Part shown: piece by piece, positions 8,756 through 17,273 of the stretch | How positions within the stretch are numbered: position 1 is the stretch's first letter | How the letters are laid out: each line of letters begins with the position of its first letter | Source of the DNA: Beijerinckiaceae bacterium | GTDB lineage: Bacteria; Pseudomonadota; Alphaproteobacteria; Rhizobiales; Beijerinckiaceae | NCBI GenBank assembly: GCA_036758905.1 | Contig: DAIOVR010000002.1 | Coordinates: 1-59,714, forward strand | Reading direction: 5' to 3' | Length of the DNA: 59,714 bases | Program-made: the position numbers and the translations under genes | The notes under the pieces: generated by a model | What the model was told of the DNA's origin: nothing | Databases searched by the model: none | What the model saw: the letters and a program-made list of their open reading frames with translations, nothing else

Positions 8756-8953
8756 TTATTCCCAATTTTCATTATTAGCGCGGTCAACCGCATCTACGCC
8801 AATCGCCAATTTCTGCGCCTCGGTGAAAGTGTCCCATATTTCTCTTGTTTTGTAACCAACGTGATTGCGCCAATTATGCACTCGACCGCCTTTCCCCCAA
8901 GATTGGGGAACTTCGAGGATTTCTTTGATAAGATATTCATCAAGCTCGTCCAT
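8756..8953 (-). CDS. Hypothetical small protein
   Basis: TAGGAGCC SD before ATG 8953. Confidence 0.5.
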   Translation of the reverse strand: MDELDEYLIKEILEVPQSWGKGGRVHNWRNHVGYKTREIWDTFTEAQKLAIGVDAVDRANNENWE

Positions 8954-8962
8954 TACCGGCTC

Positions 8963-9589
8963 CTAATTTGCTTTGCGCTTTTTGCAATCGCGCAATCGTG
9001 TGTAAATAATGCTTTCGCTGACTTTCAGCTTGGCCGCGATTTGCTTGATCGTCAGCCCTTCCTTGCGGAGGGCTTTAATCTGTTTCAGCTTTTCAGCGGT
9101 TAGTTTCTTGGGCGCACCTTGCCAGCCGCCCTCACGTTCTTTAAACGCCTGAATACCGGCTTTAGTCCGTTCAATGGTTAGCTGGCGTTCAAATTCCGCG
9201 ACAATGGCGAATAGGCCAAGGATTAGCTTGCCGGTTGCTGTGCTGAAATCGAATTGCTCTGTCAGGGATTTAAAAGACGCGCCCGCATCGGAAATCTGGT
9301 CTAGCCGTGCGTATAGTTCACGCATATTGCGGGCCAGCCGATCTAGACGCCAGACCACAAGGGTATCGCCCTCGCGCAAATCTTTCATGGCGTGTTCAAG
9401 TGCCGGTCTGGACTTAGACGCCGCCGATTTTTTTTCGATGTGGAGATTGTCGGGCAACACCCCGGCACGCTTAAGCGCGTCCACTTGAAGGTCAAGTTTC
9501 TGATCTTCTGTGAACACGCGGGCATACCCGATTAATCGGGTCGCGGGCAGGTCTGGCAATTTTGTGCGTCGTTTCAAAACCATGACCAC
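8963..9589 (-). CDS. Serine-recombinase-family protein (resolvase/invertase fold) with Phe at the nucleophile position
   Basis: LIGYARVFTEDQ...LVVWRLDRLARN...GLFAIVAEFERQLTIERTKAG plus a C-terminal HTH (LTIKQIAAKLKVSESIIY). The codon at 9512-9514 is TTC (Phe) where the family has the catalytic Ser. Confidence 0.85.
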   Translation of the reverse strand: MVMVLKRRTKLPDLPATRLIGYARVFTEDQKLDLQVDALKRAGVLPDNLHIEKKSAASKSRPALEHAMKDLREGDTLVVWRLDRLARNMRELYARLDQISDAGASFKSLTEQFDFSTATGKLILGLFAIVAEFERQLTIERTKAGIQAFKEREGGWQGAPKKLTAEKLKQIKALRKEGLTIKQIAAKLKVSESIIYTRLRDCKKRKAN

Positions 9590-9659
9590 ATTTTACATGA
9601 AACGGCCAGATAGTCAACAAATAGCGTATGATTTTTACACTGGAATTAGCGAATGGCTA

Positions 9660-9687
9660 TTGCAGTCTAATTTGATCCGTGTATAAT
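9660..9687 (+). promoter_or_regulatory. Candidate sigma70-type promoter (extended -10)
   Basis: TTGCAG-16 nt-TATAAT with TG at -15/-14. Sits 27 nt upstream of ATG 9714. Confidence 0.4.
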
Positions 9688-9713
9688 GGGGACACCAACA
9701 CGGAGACACGACA

Positions 9714-9932
9714 ATGACCATCGAAAAGAATATTTCAATTTTTGACGGAAACGACCAGGAACACGCCGAATTTATTCGCGGCTGCGTCAAAAGCCTTGGC
9801 GGTGAAATCCCCGCTCATTGGTCAGACGAAGCGGTAATCGAGTTTTTTAATACCCTGTCTAACGATGCCCCGCGCATTTATACGGACATGGAAAAAGCAG
9901 ATATGAAATATCAAGCCCAAATGGCTGAATAA
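9714..9932 (+). CDS. Hypothetical small protein
   Basis: ORF track entry. First gene after the candidate promoter. Confidence 0.5.
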   Translation: MTIEKNISIFDGNDQEHAEFIRGCVKSLGGEIPAHWSDEAVIEFFNTLSNDAPRIYTDMEKADMKYQAQMAE

Positions 9933-9946
9933 GAAAGGCCCGACTA

Positions 9947-10210
9947 ATGCGTTATGTTCTTGAGGGTGAATGGAGCGGATACGTAAGCGCCCAACAAAAG
10001 GTGCATCATCGGGAAATTGTGCCCGCATCTTTGGTTAAGGATATGCGACTGCACACAATCCAATTTACCGATGGAACTTATTTGAGGATTAAGTGTTGGG
10101 AAGCCAAGCCGCGTGAACGCATTGAAACCAAAGACCAGTATGGCCGGTTGATACGTGACGCAATTCGGATTGGCAAACCTTTTGTCACCGTCAGCGAACT
10201 CAAGCAATAA
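9947..10210 (+). CDS. Hypothetical small protein
   Basis: Preceded by junction motif AAAGGCCC-N5-ATG. Confidence 0.5.
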   Translation: MRYVLEGEWSGYVSAQQKVHHREIVPASLVKDMRLHTIQFTDGTYLRIKCWEAKPRERIETKDQYGRLIRDAIRIGKPFVTVSELKQ

Positions 10211-10221
10211 AGGCCCGCTCC

Positions 10222-10740
10222 ATGCGCGACATTCACAAAGACATTGGCGAAAAGCTAAAAGCAACGCTTGATGCTGCAATAGGCGAGACTGCGCTTAAAG
10301 CCGTCAAAGAAAAGACAAAAGAAATTATCCAAGAAATTGAAGATGATCTTGAATACCGCGTCAAAGATGATCTGGCTTACAATTTGGTCGAATATGTGGC
10401 CGATATGGCAAACAAAACAATTGACGCTTTATTGCGCGGCAATGAAAACGAAATGCGCCGGTATCTTGGTTGCGAACGTGGCGCTTGGACAGGTCGAAGC
10501 GATGCCGATGTATGTGGTGCCAAGCGTCCAGACGATCAATGGCACCAAGTCATAAACGGCACCTTGTCCGAATATGGCGGCTTAGATTTACGGCGCAAAA
10601 TCGCAGATGCTTACGCCGATCTTATCAAAAATGAGCGCATTCTTGATTTGGAAAATCAGGTGAAATGCCTTGTTGCCCAGGTTAATAAATTGGAAGCCCA
10701 AAAACGTGACATTTGGGAACGCCGTGGCGAATACGCTTAA
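10222..10740 (+). CDS. Hypothetical protein (coiled-coil C-terminus)
   Basis: Preceded by junction motif AATAAAGGCCC. Confidence 0.55.
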   Translation: MRDIHKDIGEKLKATLDAAIGETALKAVKEKTKEIIQEIEDDLEYRVKDDLAYNLVEYVADMANKTIDALLRGNENEMRRYLGCERGAWTGRSDADVCGAKRPDDQWHQVINGTLSEYGGLDLRRKIADAYADLIKNERILDLENQVKCLVAQVNKLEAQKRDIWERRGEYA

Positions 10741-10762
10741 CCCTAGAATAAAGGCCCCGACT

Positions 10763-11014
10763 ATGACCTTATCAGATTTAGTTGACCAAGCATCCGATCT
10801 TGCCGCAGACCTGCACAACAAGGCCGCATTGATTGAGCGCGGTAAAGCCAATCTTAACCTAAGCGGCGATGCGGATCATTCCGTGATCCAAGCGTTTACA
10901 TCACTGGCAACGGCGGCGGCTGCAATGGCAAACGCTTTGATAATGCAAAGCGCATTGACCAAGCAAAAAGCCGACAATGACGCAATCCGCGCCACCCTCA
11001 AAGCTAAACAATAA
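10763..11014 (+). CDS. Hypothetical small protein
   Basis: ATG 10763 preceded by AATAAAGGCCCCGACT. The track ORF starts earlier (10670) and overlaps the previous gene. Confidence 0.5.
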   Translation: MTLSDLVDQASDLAADLHNKAALIERGKANLNLSGDADHSVIQAFTSLATAAAAMANALIMQSALTKQKADNDAIRATLKAKQ

Positions 11015-11025
11015 AGGCCCAGACC

Positions 11026-11208
11026 ATGATCCGCAGACGCGCCAAAATCACCATTACGGTATCCGTTGATTTGGATGATGTGCCGGGTGCTTACTACCAG
11101 CCCGAAGATTGGGTGCAAATGATGACAGGTGAAATTTTGTCTCGCGCCAATCACTATAACCCAAAACTTGAAGCCACTGACATTGAAGTCAGTCGCATCA
11201 CTCAATAA
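11026..11208 (+). CDS. Hypothetical small protein
   Basis: Preceded by junction motif AATAAAGGCCC. Confidence 0.45.
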   Translation: MIRRRAKITITVSVDLDDVPGAYYQPEDWVQMMTGEILSRANHYNPKLEATDIEVSRITQ

Positions 11209-11219
11209 GGCCCCGCGCT

Positions 11220-12392
11220 TTGATTCGCTCATTCAACTACATCCCAGCGCGTGCAGCCGGTCAAATTTTGTTTGACGGATTCCCATATCAATCCGCGATT
11301 GAGTGGCCCAATTTCATTCATGGCCAATGTCAAAACATTCAAGCCAATGGTCAGCCCGATCAATTTGGATGGCGATACAAAACCATTGACGGCACCCCTT
11401 ACCTTTTGGCCGATGACCCATTTGTGGTCAAATTAAAAAACGCAATGGTTCAGCGCGTCAATTTTGGTCAAGACCGCTGGCACGTTGCCGTCAGCCCAGG
11501 GGTTTGTATTGAAGAAACCTATTATTCGGGCGAATGGTTTAACCGTTTTTGCGGTCAAACCATGAGAATCCCCACCAATGCCGGATCGTTTGACGTGCAT
11601 GTCATGGAAGATATTGCGCCAGAGTCGGTGTCATCCGTCCCCAGCGTATTATTGGCTCATCAATGGGACACGAATTATGCGCATTGCCTAATGGAAACCG
11701 TGGGAAAATTGTTTTTAGCAGAACATTGGGACGATCATTTGCCGCAGCTAATCTGGAACCCGACAACCCCATATCAGCGCGAGATTGCGGATTTGCTATC
11801 AATCAAATACGTTCCGCAAACCCAAAAAGCCGTTCAATACGATGAATTATATGTCATTTCCCAATTTGCCCATAACGGGATTTGCGCGGAACAGTTCAAA
11901 CAAATCCGCGCGCTGTTTCAACAAAGGCTTTGCGACAAAATCCCTTATTTCTCAAATCCCCCAGTTACATCAGGCAACAAGCGCATTCTGATTTCCAGAA
12001 ACGACGCCACCAGCCGCCGTATTGCTAATGAATCAAACATAATGACCGCCCTGGCTCCCATGGGCTTTGAGCGTGTCACGTTGAGCAATTTAAGCGTGCT
12101 CGACCAGGCCAAGCTATTTCATTCAGCATCAATCATTGTGGCGCCACACGGCGCCGGATTAATGAATATGCTGTTTGCCAGCCCCAGCACCGCCTTGATT
12201 GAAATTGCCCCCGAATCCTACCAGCACCCTTTGTTCTGGTACGTCGCCAAGTGGTTGGGCCATTGGTACGGGCGAATCATCACCCCGGATCACGGTTCCG
12301 AAAAAGACATGATTATTGACATTGCGGCGGTTAAAAACGCCATTGACGCCGCCATATCGTCTAAAAGTGTACGGTCATCACTTGTTGCATAG
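11220..12392 (+). CDS. Glycosyltransferase family 61 (DUF563)-like
   Basis: ILISRNDATSRRIANESNIMTALAPMGFERVTLSNLSVLDQAKLFHSASIIVAPHGAGLMNMLF...LIEI matches the GT61/DUF563 C-terminal signature. TTG start after AATAAGGCCCC. Confidence 0.7.
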   Translation: MIRSFNYIPARAAGQILFDGFPYQSAIEWPNFIHGQCQNIQANGQPDQFGWRYKTIDGTPYLLADDPFVVKLKNAMVQRVNFGQDRWHVAVSPGVCIEETYYSGEWFNRFCGQTMRIPTNAGSFDVHVMEDIAPESVSSVPSVLLAHQWDTNYAHCLMETVGKLFLAEHWDDHLPQLIWNPTTPYQREIADLLSIKYVPQTQKAVQYDELYVISQFAHNGICAEQFKQIRALFQQRLCDKIPYFSNPPVTSGNKRILISRNDATSRRIANESNIMTALAPMGFERVTLSNLSVLDQAKLFHSASIIVAPHGAGLMNMLFASPSTALIEIAPESYQHPLFWYVAKWLGHWYGRIITPDHGSEKDMIIDIAAVKNAIDAAISSKSVRSSLVA

Positions 12393-12447
12393 CTAAAAAG
12401 GCATCAAGGTAAATAAAAACGCCTTTTAACCCCTTGGAGTAACGACA

Positions 12448-12936
12448 ATGAAAAACGCCCTATTAGCTTTATTGGCCCTAATGTTTATTGCACCCCCAGC
12501 CATGGCCGGAGGAACGCCGTGTCAAATGTTCGCCGGGTATTTTCGCTGTAACGGCGGCAATCAGGCTTTATGGGTGCCAAATTCCGGCCTGTATTGGAAC
12601 CCCAGCGAAGGCGGTACAAGCTGGACCATCCAACAATCCACCAATGGCCACACAATCCTGATTTCTGGCCTTGGATGGAGCGATACCGGCAACGGCAATG
12701 CAGATTGGTATTTGGCCAGACTAGAGCCGGTTGACACCGAAACGGCGCCTAACGTTTATACGTCAACGTCAACAATTCAGTGCATCGGCGGTCAAGGTCT
12801 GTCATCGCCCAATTATCTTGCGCCCAATTGCGTTTTGACCGGCAAATCCATTTCGCTAACGCTGGAAAGCACAACGGCTGGCACTTTGGTTTACGGCACC
12901 AGAACCAGCCACGTTGAAAATTACGTCAATTTTTAG
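12448..12936 (+). CDS. Secreted Cys-containing protein (signal peptide)
   Basis: MKNALLALLALMFIAPPAMA/GG signal-peptide-like N-terminus. GGAG SD. Confidence 0.6.
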   Translation: MKNALLALLALMFIAPPAMAGGTPCQMFAGYFRCNGGNQALWVPNSGLYWNPSEGGTSWTIQQSTNGHTILISGLGWSDTGNGNADWYLARLEPVDTETAPNVYTSTSTIQCIGGQGLSSPNYLAPNCVLTGKSISLTLESTTAGTLVYGTRTSHVENYVNF

Positions 12937-13141
12937 TCCGGCAATTGGCTTCGACATTACGATTGTGAATAACCGCCCATTGCTTTTCCGAACGCGTCCA
13001 TCTTGATTCAAAATCTGAATCAGGATGGACTTCGGAAAGCCACCCGCACGCAGTTGGATTAGGCGCCGGATTTTCCGCGCAACTCGCTGTCAAGATCAGC
13101 GTCAGACATGCGCCGCACATCATCATGAATGATTTGAGCAT
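12926..13141 (-). CDS. o-spanin (outer-membrane lipoprotein, Rz1-like)
   Basis: MLKSFMMMCGACLTLILTASC lipobox-type signal. The gene starts inside the i-spanin gene in another frame. Confidence 0.65.
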   Translation of the reverse strand: MLKSFMMMCGACLTLILTASCAENPAPNPTACGWLSEVHPDSDFESRWTRSEKQWAVIHNRNVEANCRTKN

Positions 13142-13292
13142 TTCGATCCTCCGCAACAGCGGATTGCAAATCAACCGCTTGTTGTTCAATTCGGCCATGA
13201 TCCCTTAATCCCTTGTCTCGAACCATATCAACAATCTTCGCCCCTATGGACGACACGATGGTCGAGACAAGGGATAAAAGGGCTTCAATCAT
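13059..13292 (-). CDS. i-spanin (Rz-like)
   Basis: N-terminal TM EALLSLVSTIVSSIGAKIV followed by a charged periplasmic helix. Overlapped by the o-spanin. Confidence 0.65.
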   Translation of the reverse strand: MIEALLSLVSTIVSSIGAKIVDMVRDKGLRDHGRIEQQAVDLQSAVAEDRNAQIIHDDVRRMSDADLDSELRGKSGA

Positions 13293-13600
13293 TGACCAGC
13301 CGTTTGTTGCGCGCCATGGGCTTGAGCAATGGCCGTTGACAGAGCAACCGCCAGTGACGCCGCCCCAGCCTTTACACCCGCCGCAACCGCCGCTTTAGCC
13401 GTGCTGGACGCCGCATCGCCAATGGCTTGAGCCGCAGCATGCAAATCAGTCGGATTGCTGGCAACCGCTTGAATGGCCGAAGTGGCAAATTGTTCCGCAA
13501 ACGGAATCAATGTGGCCACTTCGGCGTGTTCAATTTGAGAAACAGCATCGGTCACAAACGGCTCGACAGCCTTGTGAAACCATTGTGAAAACCAAGACAT
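13289..13600 (-). CDS. Hypothetical Ala-rich protein in lysis cassette
   Basis: ATG 13600 lies 2 nt after the upstream stop. ATGA overlap with the i-spanin. Confidence 0.45.
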   Translation of the reverse strand: MSWFSQWFHKAVEPFVTDAVSQIEHAEVATLIPFAEQFATSAIQAVASNPTDLHAAAQAIGDAASSTAKAAVAAGVKAGAASLAVALSTAIAQAHGAQQTAGQ

Positions 13601-13601
13601 A

Positions 13602-13829
13602 TTAAACCCCGTTTGTTTGAAGGGATTGAGGATCAATTTCACGGATTAACTTGCGCCGGATGGCATCCACCAACGGCACCAAAGACGCCCCCACAATCAG
13701 CGCCACTTCATCGCCAGGCACAACCAATTGACCGGCGCTCAGGCAATGAATGACCCATTGCAACACAAGCCCAGCGCCAGCCGTGGACATGGCAACAGCG
13801 GACGTGGAAGTATTTTGACTGGTGTTCAT
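13602..13829 (-). CDS. Small membrane protein (holin/antiholin candidate)
   Basis: ATG 13829 just after the endolysin stop. Hydrophobic segments AGAGLVLQWVIHCL and VALIVGASLVPLV. Confidence 0.45.
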   Translation of the reverse strand: MNTSQNTSTSAVAMSTAGAGLVLQWVIHCLSAGQLVVPGDEVALIVGASLVPLVDAIRRKLIREIDPQSLQTNGV

Positions 13830-13833
13830 AACA

Positions 13834-14244
13834 TTACCCTGATAAAGCCGACGCAGCCGCTTGAGCAAGCTGATTATCGGTATATGGATCAGACCCGTTT
13901 TCGTGATGGACAATGGCGCGCGTCAACGGGATCAAAACCAATTGAGACGACAAATTCACATATTCATCCGGTCCGCATCCGGTCAAATTGCACACATCGC
14001 TTTTATATGCCTCAGTGTCATTTTCCGATGGGGGCGCCCATCGATCAATTGCGCCAGAAATCGTATTAATGCCGTGCAGCACTTGATAATTTTTCAACGT
14101 AATCATCAGCGCCCGCAAACCATCTTCCGGCGTATCAAATTCGCAAAATTGATCGTCGGAACCCGGCACCACTTGCCCTTTCCAAATGGTTTTGGAAAGT
14201 TTGATATTGCCAGGATTGTTTAATCGAATGCCGCGCGCGGTCAT
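13834..14244 (-). CDS. Endolysin candidate (uncharacterised NNPGNI-motif domain)
   Basis: Sits between the holin-like and spanin genes. ATGA overlap with the holin stop. The domain RLNNPGNIK...FDTPEDG...KNY...WAP..ENDT..Y is also present in the internal virion protein at 27471-27794. Confidence 0.55.
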   Translation of the reverse strand: MTARGIRLNNPGNIKLSKTIWKGQVVPGSDDQFCEFDTPEDGLRALMITLKNYQVLHGINTISGAIDRWAPPSENDTEAYKSDVCNLTGCGPDEYVNLSSQLVLIPLTRAIVHHENGSDPYTDNQLAQAAASALSG

Positions 14245-14459
14245 TTTTTGATCCATCGTTTTTCGCAAATACGATAAACCCCGTGAACCGCAATAATCGC
14301 GCCACCAATGGCGCCAATTCCGTGCGCAACCCCCAACGTGCTTTCGACAAAATCATGCCATGTCGGCAACGTCATTAGAATGAATCCTAACGCGGCCTCA
14401 AGCGCACCGTGCAGCTCAGTCTTATGGTCCATTTCCCCATTACTCCAATACCGTGACAT
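14241..14459 (-). CDS. Holin candidate (2 TM)
   Basis: 72 aa with hydrophobic segments ALEAALGFILMTL and GIGAIGGAIIAV and a basic C-terminus KRWIKK. First gene of the lysis cassette. Confidence 0.55.
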   Translation of the reverse strand: MSRYWSNGEMDHKTELHGALEAALGFILMTLPTWHDFVESTLGVAHGIGAIGGAIIAVHGVYRICEKRWIKK

Positions 14460-14465
14460 GATTTT

Positions 14466-15302
14466 TTACCAAAAGATTGCCGCGTAACCCGCTGTTGCGT
14501 TACCACCTGATTGCGCGCTTGTACCAGCAGCGGCACCACCGCCACCACCACCATATCCAGAAGCATTACCGCCCGCTGCACCAGCGGCAGTAGCGTTGGC
14601 TCCATCGCCACCTTTGCCTAAGTACCCACCACCACCACCACCACCAGCCGTGCCGGAAGCTGCGCCCGATCCCCCCAAAGATGAACTTGAAAATAATGAG
14701 GCTGCACCATAACCGCCTTGATAGACTGTGCCTAAATTGCGCTGACCGCAGCCACCCCCGCCCGGATAACCCCCGTCCGCAGCTGTCGTGCCGCTATAAA
14801 TACCACCTGGGCCACCGCCACCAGACATGCCCCCTGGATAAACAAGCGCTTTATTAAGGCCACCACCGGCTGAGTAAGTAACACCACCAACAACTAACGT
14901 GGTAGCTGTGCCATTACCGCCAATTGCACCACTTGCAGCAGCGCCAGCAGCGCCAATTGTTATGGTTGCACTAGACCCAATGTAGACGGGGAAAAATTCA
15001 ACGCCACCAGCACCACCGCCGCCGCCGCCCTCTGTTCCACTTGCAGGGGTGCCATTGCCAGCAGCACCCCCGCCAACAAGTAAAACGTAATAAACGCCAT
15101 ACCCTTTGCCTTGCGTGACCGGATTAAATGTCCCGCTTGCCGTGTAGGCAACTTGATAATTAAGACCGCTTAGGCCAATAAATGCTTTGCCAGCAGCGGG
15201 ACCCGCCCCAGGCGCAACATTCAACGGCGTTGCAACCGCAAAGCCTAACTGACCAATTGCGAATAAAAGCGCAATTAATCCAAAGCGAAGATTCTTAAGC
15301 AT
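14466..15302 (-). CDS. Glycine-rich tail-fibre-module protein with N-terminal signal peptide
   Basis: MLKNLRFGLIALLFAIGQLGFAVA/TP, then YYVLLVGGGAAG...GGGGGGAGG glycine-rich blocks. ATG 15302 lies 2 nt after the upstream stop. Confidence 0.6.
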   Translation of the reverse strand: MLKNLRFGLIALLFAIGQLGFAVATPLNVAPGAGPAAGKAFIGLSGLNYQVAYTASGTFNPVTQGKGYGVYYVLLVGGGAAGNGTPASGTEGGGGGGAGGVEFFPVYIGSSATITIGAAGAAASGAIGGNGTATTLVVGGVTYSAGGGLNKALVYPGGMSGGGGPGGIYSGTTAADGGYPGGGGCGQRNLGTVYQGGYGAASLFSSSSLGGSGAASGTAGGGGGGGYLGKGGDGANATAAGAAGGNASGYGGGGGGAAAGTSAQSGGNATAGYAAIFW

Positions 15303-15303
15303 T

Positions 15304-15786
15304 TTAGAAATCACCGCAAACAGAGGTCAGATTGATATAGGTTGACGTGGAAACGGTCGGAGTCGCCGTCAACGTATCGCCGCTTTTCAAAAACAAATAT
15401 GGATTTCCATAATTGTCCAATGGCAAACCCTGCCAAGTTGCAGAATTGAACATATTGACATTAAGCGCAGTCGAAACCGCACCGGCACCAGCCGGGATAG
15501 CAACCGTTGTTTGATAATAATTGACCGCTGATCGGGTCACAAAAACCTGCACATTGTAAGCCGTGGACGTACAAGTATTTGCCGCTGTCAACGAAAAACA
15601 CGCCGACCCATTGGCCCCAGCCGTGTAAATCGTCACATTGTTAGCCGCATTGGATTGCACAAGGCCCAACGTAGGCGTTTGAACGGTTACAACGCTATTG
15701 GGCGTCGTTGCTGCATTGACCCCGCTTGCAATGCCCACAAGTGATAATACAAGGGCCGAACTACAATAAAATTGACGCGCGTTCAT
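15304..15786 (-). CDS. Tail-fibre-module protein with N-terminal signal peptide
   Basis: MNARQFYCSSALVLSLVGIASGVNA/AT. ATGA coupling to the upstream gene. Confidence 0.55.
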   Translation of the reverse strand: MNARQFYCSSALVLSLVGIASGVNAATTPNSVVTVQTPTLGLVQSNAANNVTIYTAGANGSACFSLTAANTCTSTAYNVQVFVTRSAVNYYQTTVAIPAGAGAVSTALNVNMFNSATWQGLPLDNYGNPYLFLKSGDTLTATPTVSTSTYINLTSVCGDF

Positions 15787-17273
15787 TTTATGCCTCCAAA
15801 AGACCCCATAAGCACGGACACAGACGCAGCTTGAATGTAAGCCGCCGTTGTTCCGCTAGATGATGTTCCGCAAGAAAAACCGGTGCCATTTGTGTAATTT
15901 AAATGATTGCCACCCGTATCCGTACATGATGGTAAGGTTGCAGCAGTTGGGCTTGCGGTTGAAGCGGTGACGTTTGCCACCACCGTATTTGCTGATTGTG
16001 TAGCGTGCATCGGTAAAGTGACCGTTGCGGTATCCCCAGAAGTGATTACCGTGCCATTCACAGCTGGAATTGTTGTTGTAAAATTGGACGCTCCGGCGTT
16101 TGCCATGGTCAATGTATTAGCGCCCGTCGATGACCCCAAAATCTTTATTGTTGAATTGTTATACGTTTGAACCGCCGTCCAAGTTTGCGCCAAATTCAAT
16201 TCGGCAATGGTTCCGGTATTAGCTGGTAAGGTTGCCGTGGTTGATCCGGCCACCGCTGTGGGAACAATCGTTGTGGCGCCACTTGTGGCACCTTGCATTA
16301 TCAACGATCCGCCAACCGGCCCCGTTGATTGACCCAAAGTCAAAGCACCATTGGAAATCGTTGCATTGGCATTACCAGACACGGCATTTGTGGTTGAGGC
16401 GTAATAACTCAATTGCCCGGACGTACCGGAATTGACCGTACCCGATCCGCCCGAAATAGTATTGCAGCCAAACCCCGTACTTGTGGTCCAAGTCAGCGCA
16501 CTGGTCGCAGCCGAGCAAGATGGAATGGCAAAAGACGCAATGTTAGCCGTTGACCCGGTGTTATTCCCCAAAATCGTGTTAGCCGTAATTTGCGGCAAAT
16601 TTGCCAAAGTCAGACTATTTGACGGGAATGTAATCGTGGACGTTGCTTGCAGAGTGGTAAATTTGCCCGTGCTGGCCGTTGTGACGCCCACCGCCATGCT
16701 ATTCAAACCGGTTGACGTTATGCTGCCAACGCTTGTTGGCGAAACAGTCCCCCCACCGGAATAAAAATTGATAACGCCCCCGGTTCCAAGCGCACCAATG
16801 TCAAATTCACCATCTGTAGTATAAGTATAAGCCGCATGAGCAGCTGTAAACGGAGCTGCGGCCCCAGCACTATTATTTATGCCAAAATCCGCATAATGCG
16901 TTGAATCATTGCCATCGTCCGCCGTTACAACAAAGTCAGATGAGGCACTTGATCCGCTATTGGTATTTTGAAGGCTCAATTGATAGAAATTATTGGCGTT
17001 TCCGGTAAATTGAAACGCCGTTGCGCCAGAACTTGTATATCCCGGCACACCCACATTGGTTCCCAGCGCAATTGATCCGCTTGTGGTGATCGGATTGGCC
17101 GTACAGGTTAAGCCGCCATTGGTCGAACACGTCACAGACGTAACCGTACCCGATCCGCTGCCACCACTTGACGCCCCCGACGAAATCACAATTCCACTAT
17201 TTCCCAATTGCTGAGCAATTGCGGGAACGCAAACAATCAAGCCAAATAAAACAATAGCAAGCCGCTTCATCAT
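15783..17273 (-). CDS. Ser/Thr/Gly-rich tail-fibre-like protein with N-terminal signal peptide
   Basis: MMKRLAIVLFGLIVCVPAIA/QQ. Fibre-type repeats GTVTSV..GGLT..NPITTSGSIAL and NLAQTWTAVQTY. Confidence 0.65.
   Translation of the reverse strand: MMKRLAIVLFGLIVCVPAIAQQLGNSGIVISSGASSGGSGSGTVTSVTCSTNGGLTCTANPITTSGSIALGTNVGVPGYTSSGATAFQFTGNANNFYQLSLQNTNSGSSASSDFVVTADDGNDSTHYADFGINNSAGAAAPFTAAHAAYTYTTDGEFDIGALGTGGVINFYSGGGTVSPTSVGSITSTGLNSMAVGVTTASTGKFTTLQATSTITFPSNSLTLANLPQITANTILGNNTGSTANIASFAIPSCSAATSALTWTTSTGFGCNTISGGSGTVNSGTSGQLSYYASTTNAVSGNANATISNGALTLGQSTGPVGGSLIMQGATSGATTIVPTAVAGSTTATLPANTGTIAELNLAQTWTAVQTYNNSTIKILGSSTGANTLTMANAGASNFTTTIPAVNGTVITSGDTATVTLPMHATQSANTVVANVTASTASPTAATLPSCTDTGGNHLNYTNGTGFSCGTSSSGTTAAYIQAASVSVLMGSFGGIK

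Noticed and set aside
12393-12447. AAAAGGC...GCCTTTT as a terminator after the GT61 gene
   Set aside because: The stem is only 7 bp with an 18-nt loop and has no downstream T-tract. It is too weak to call.
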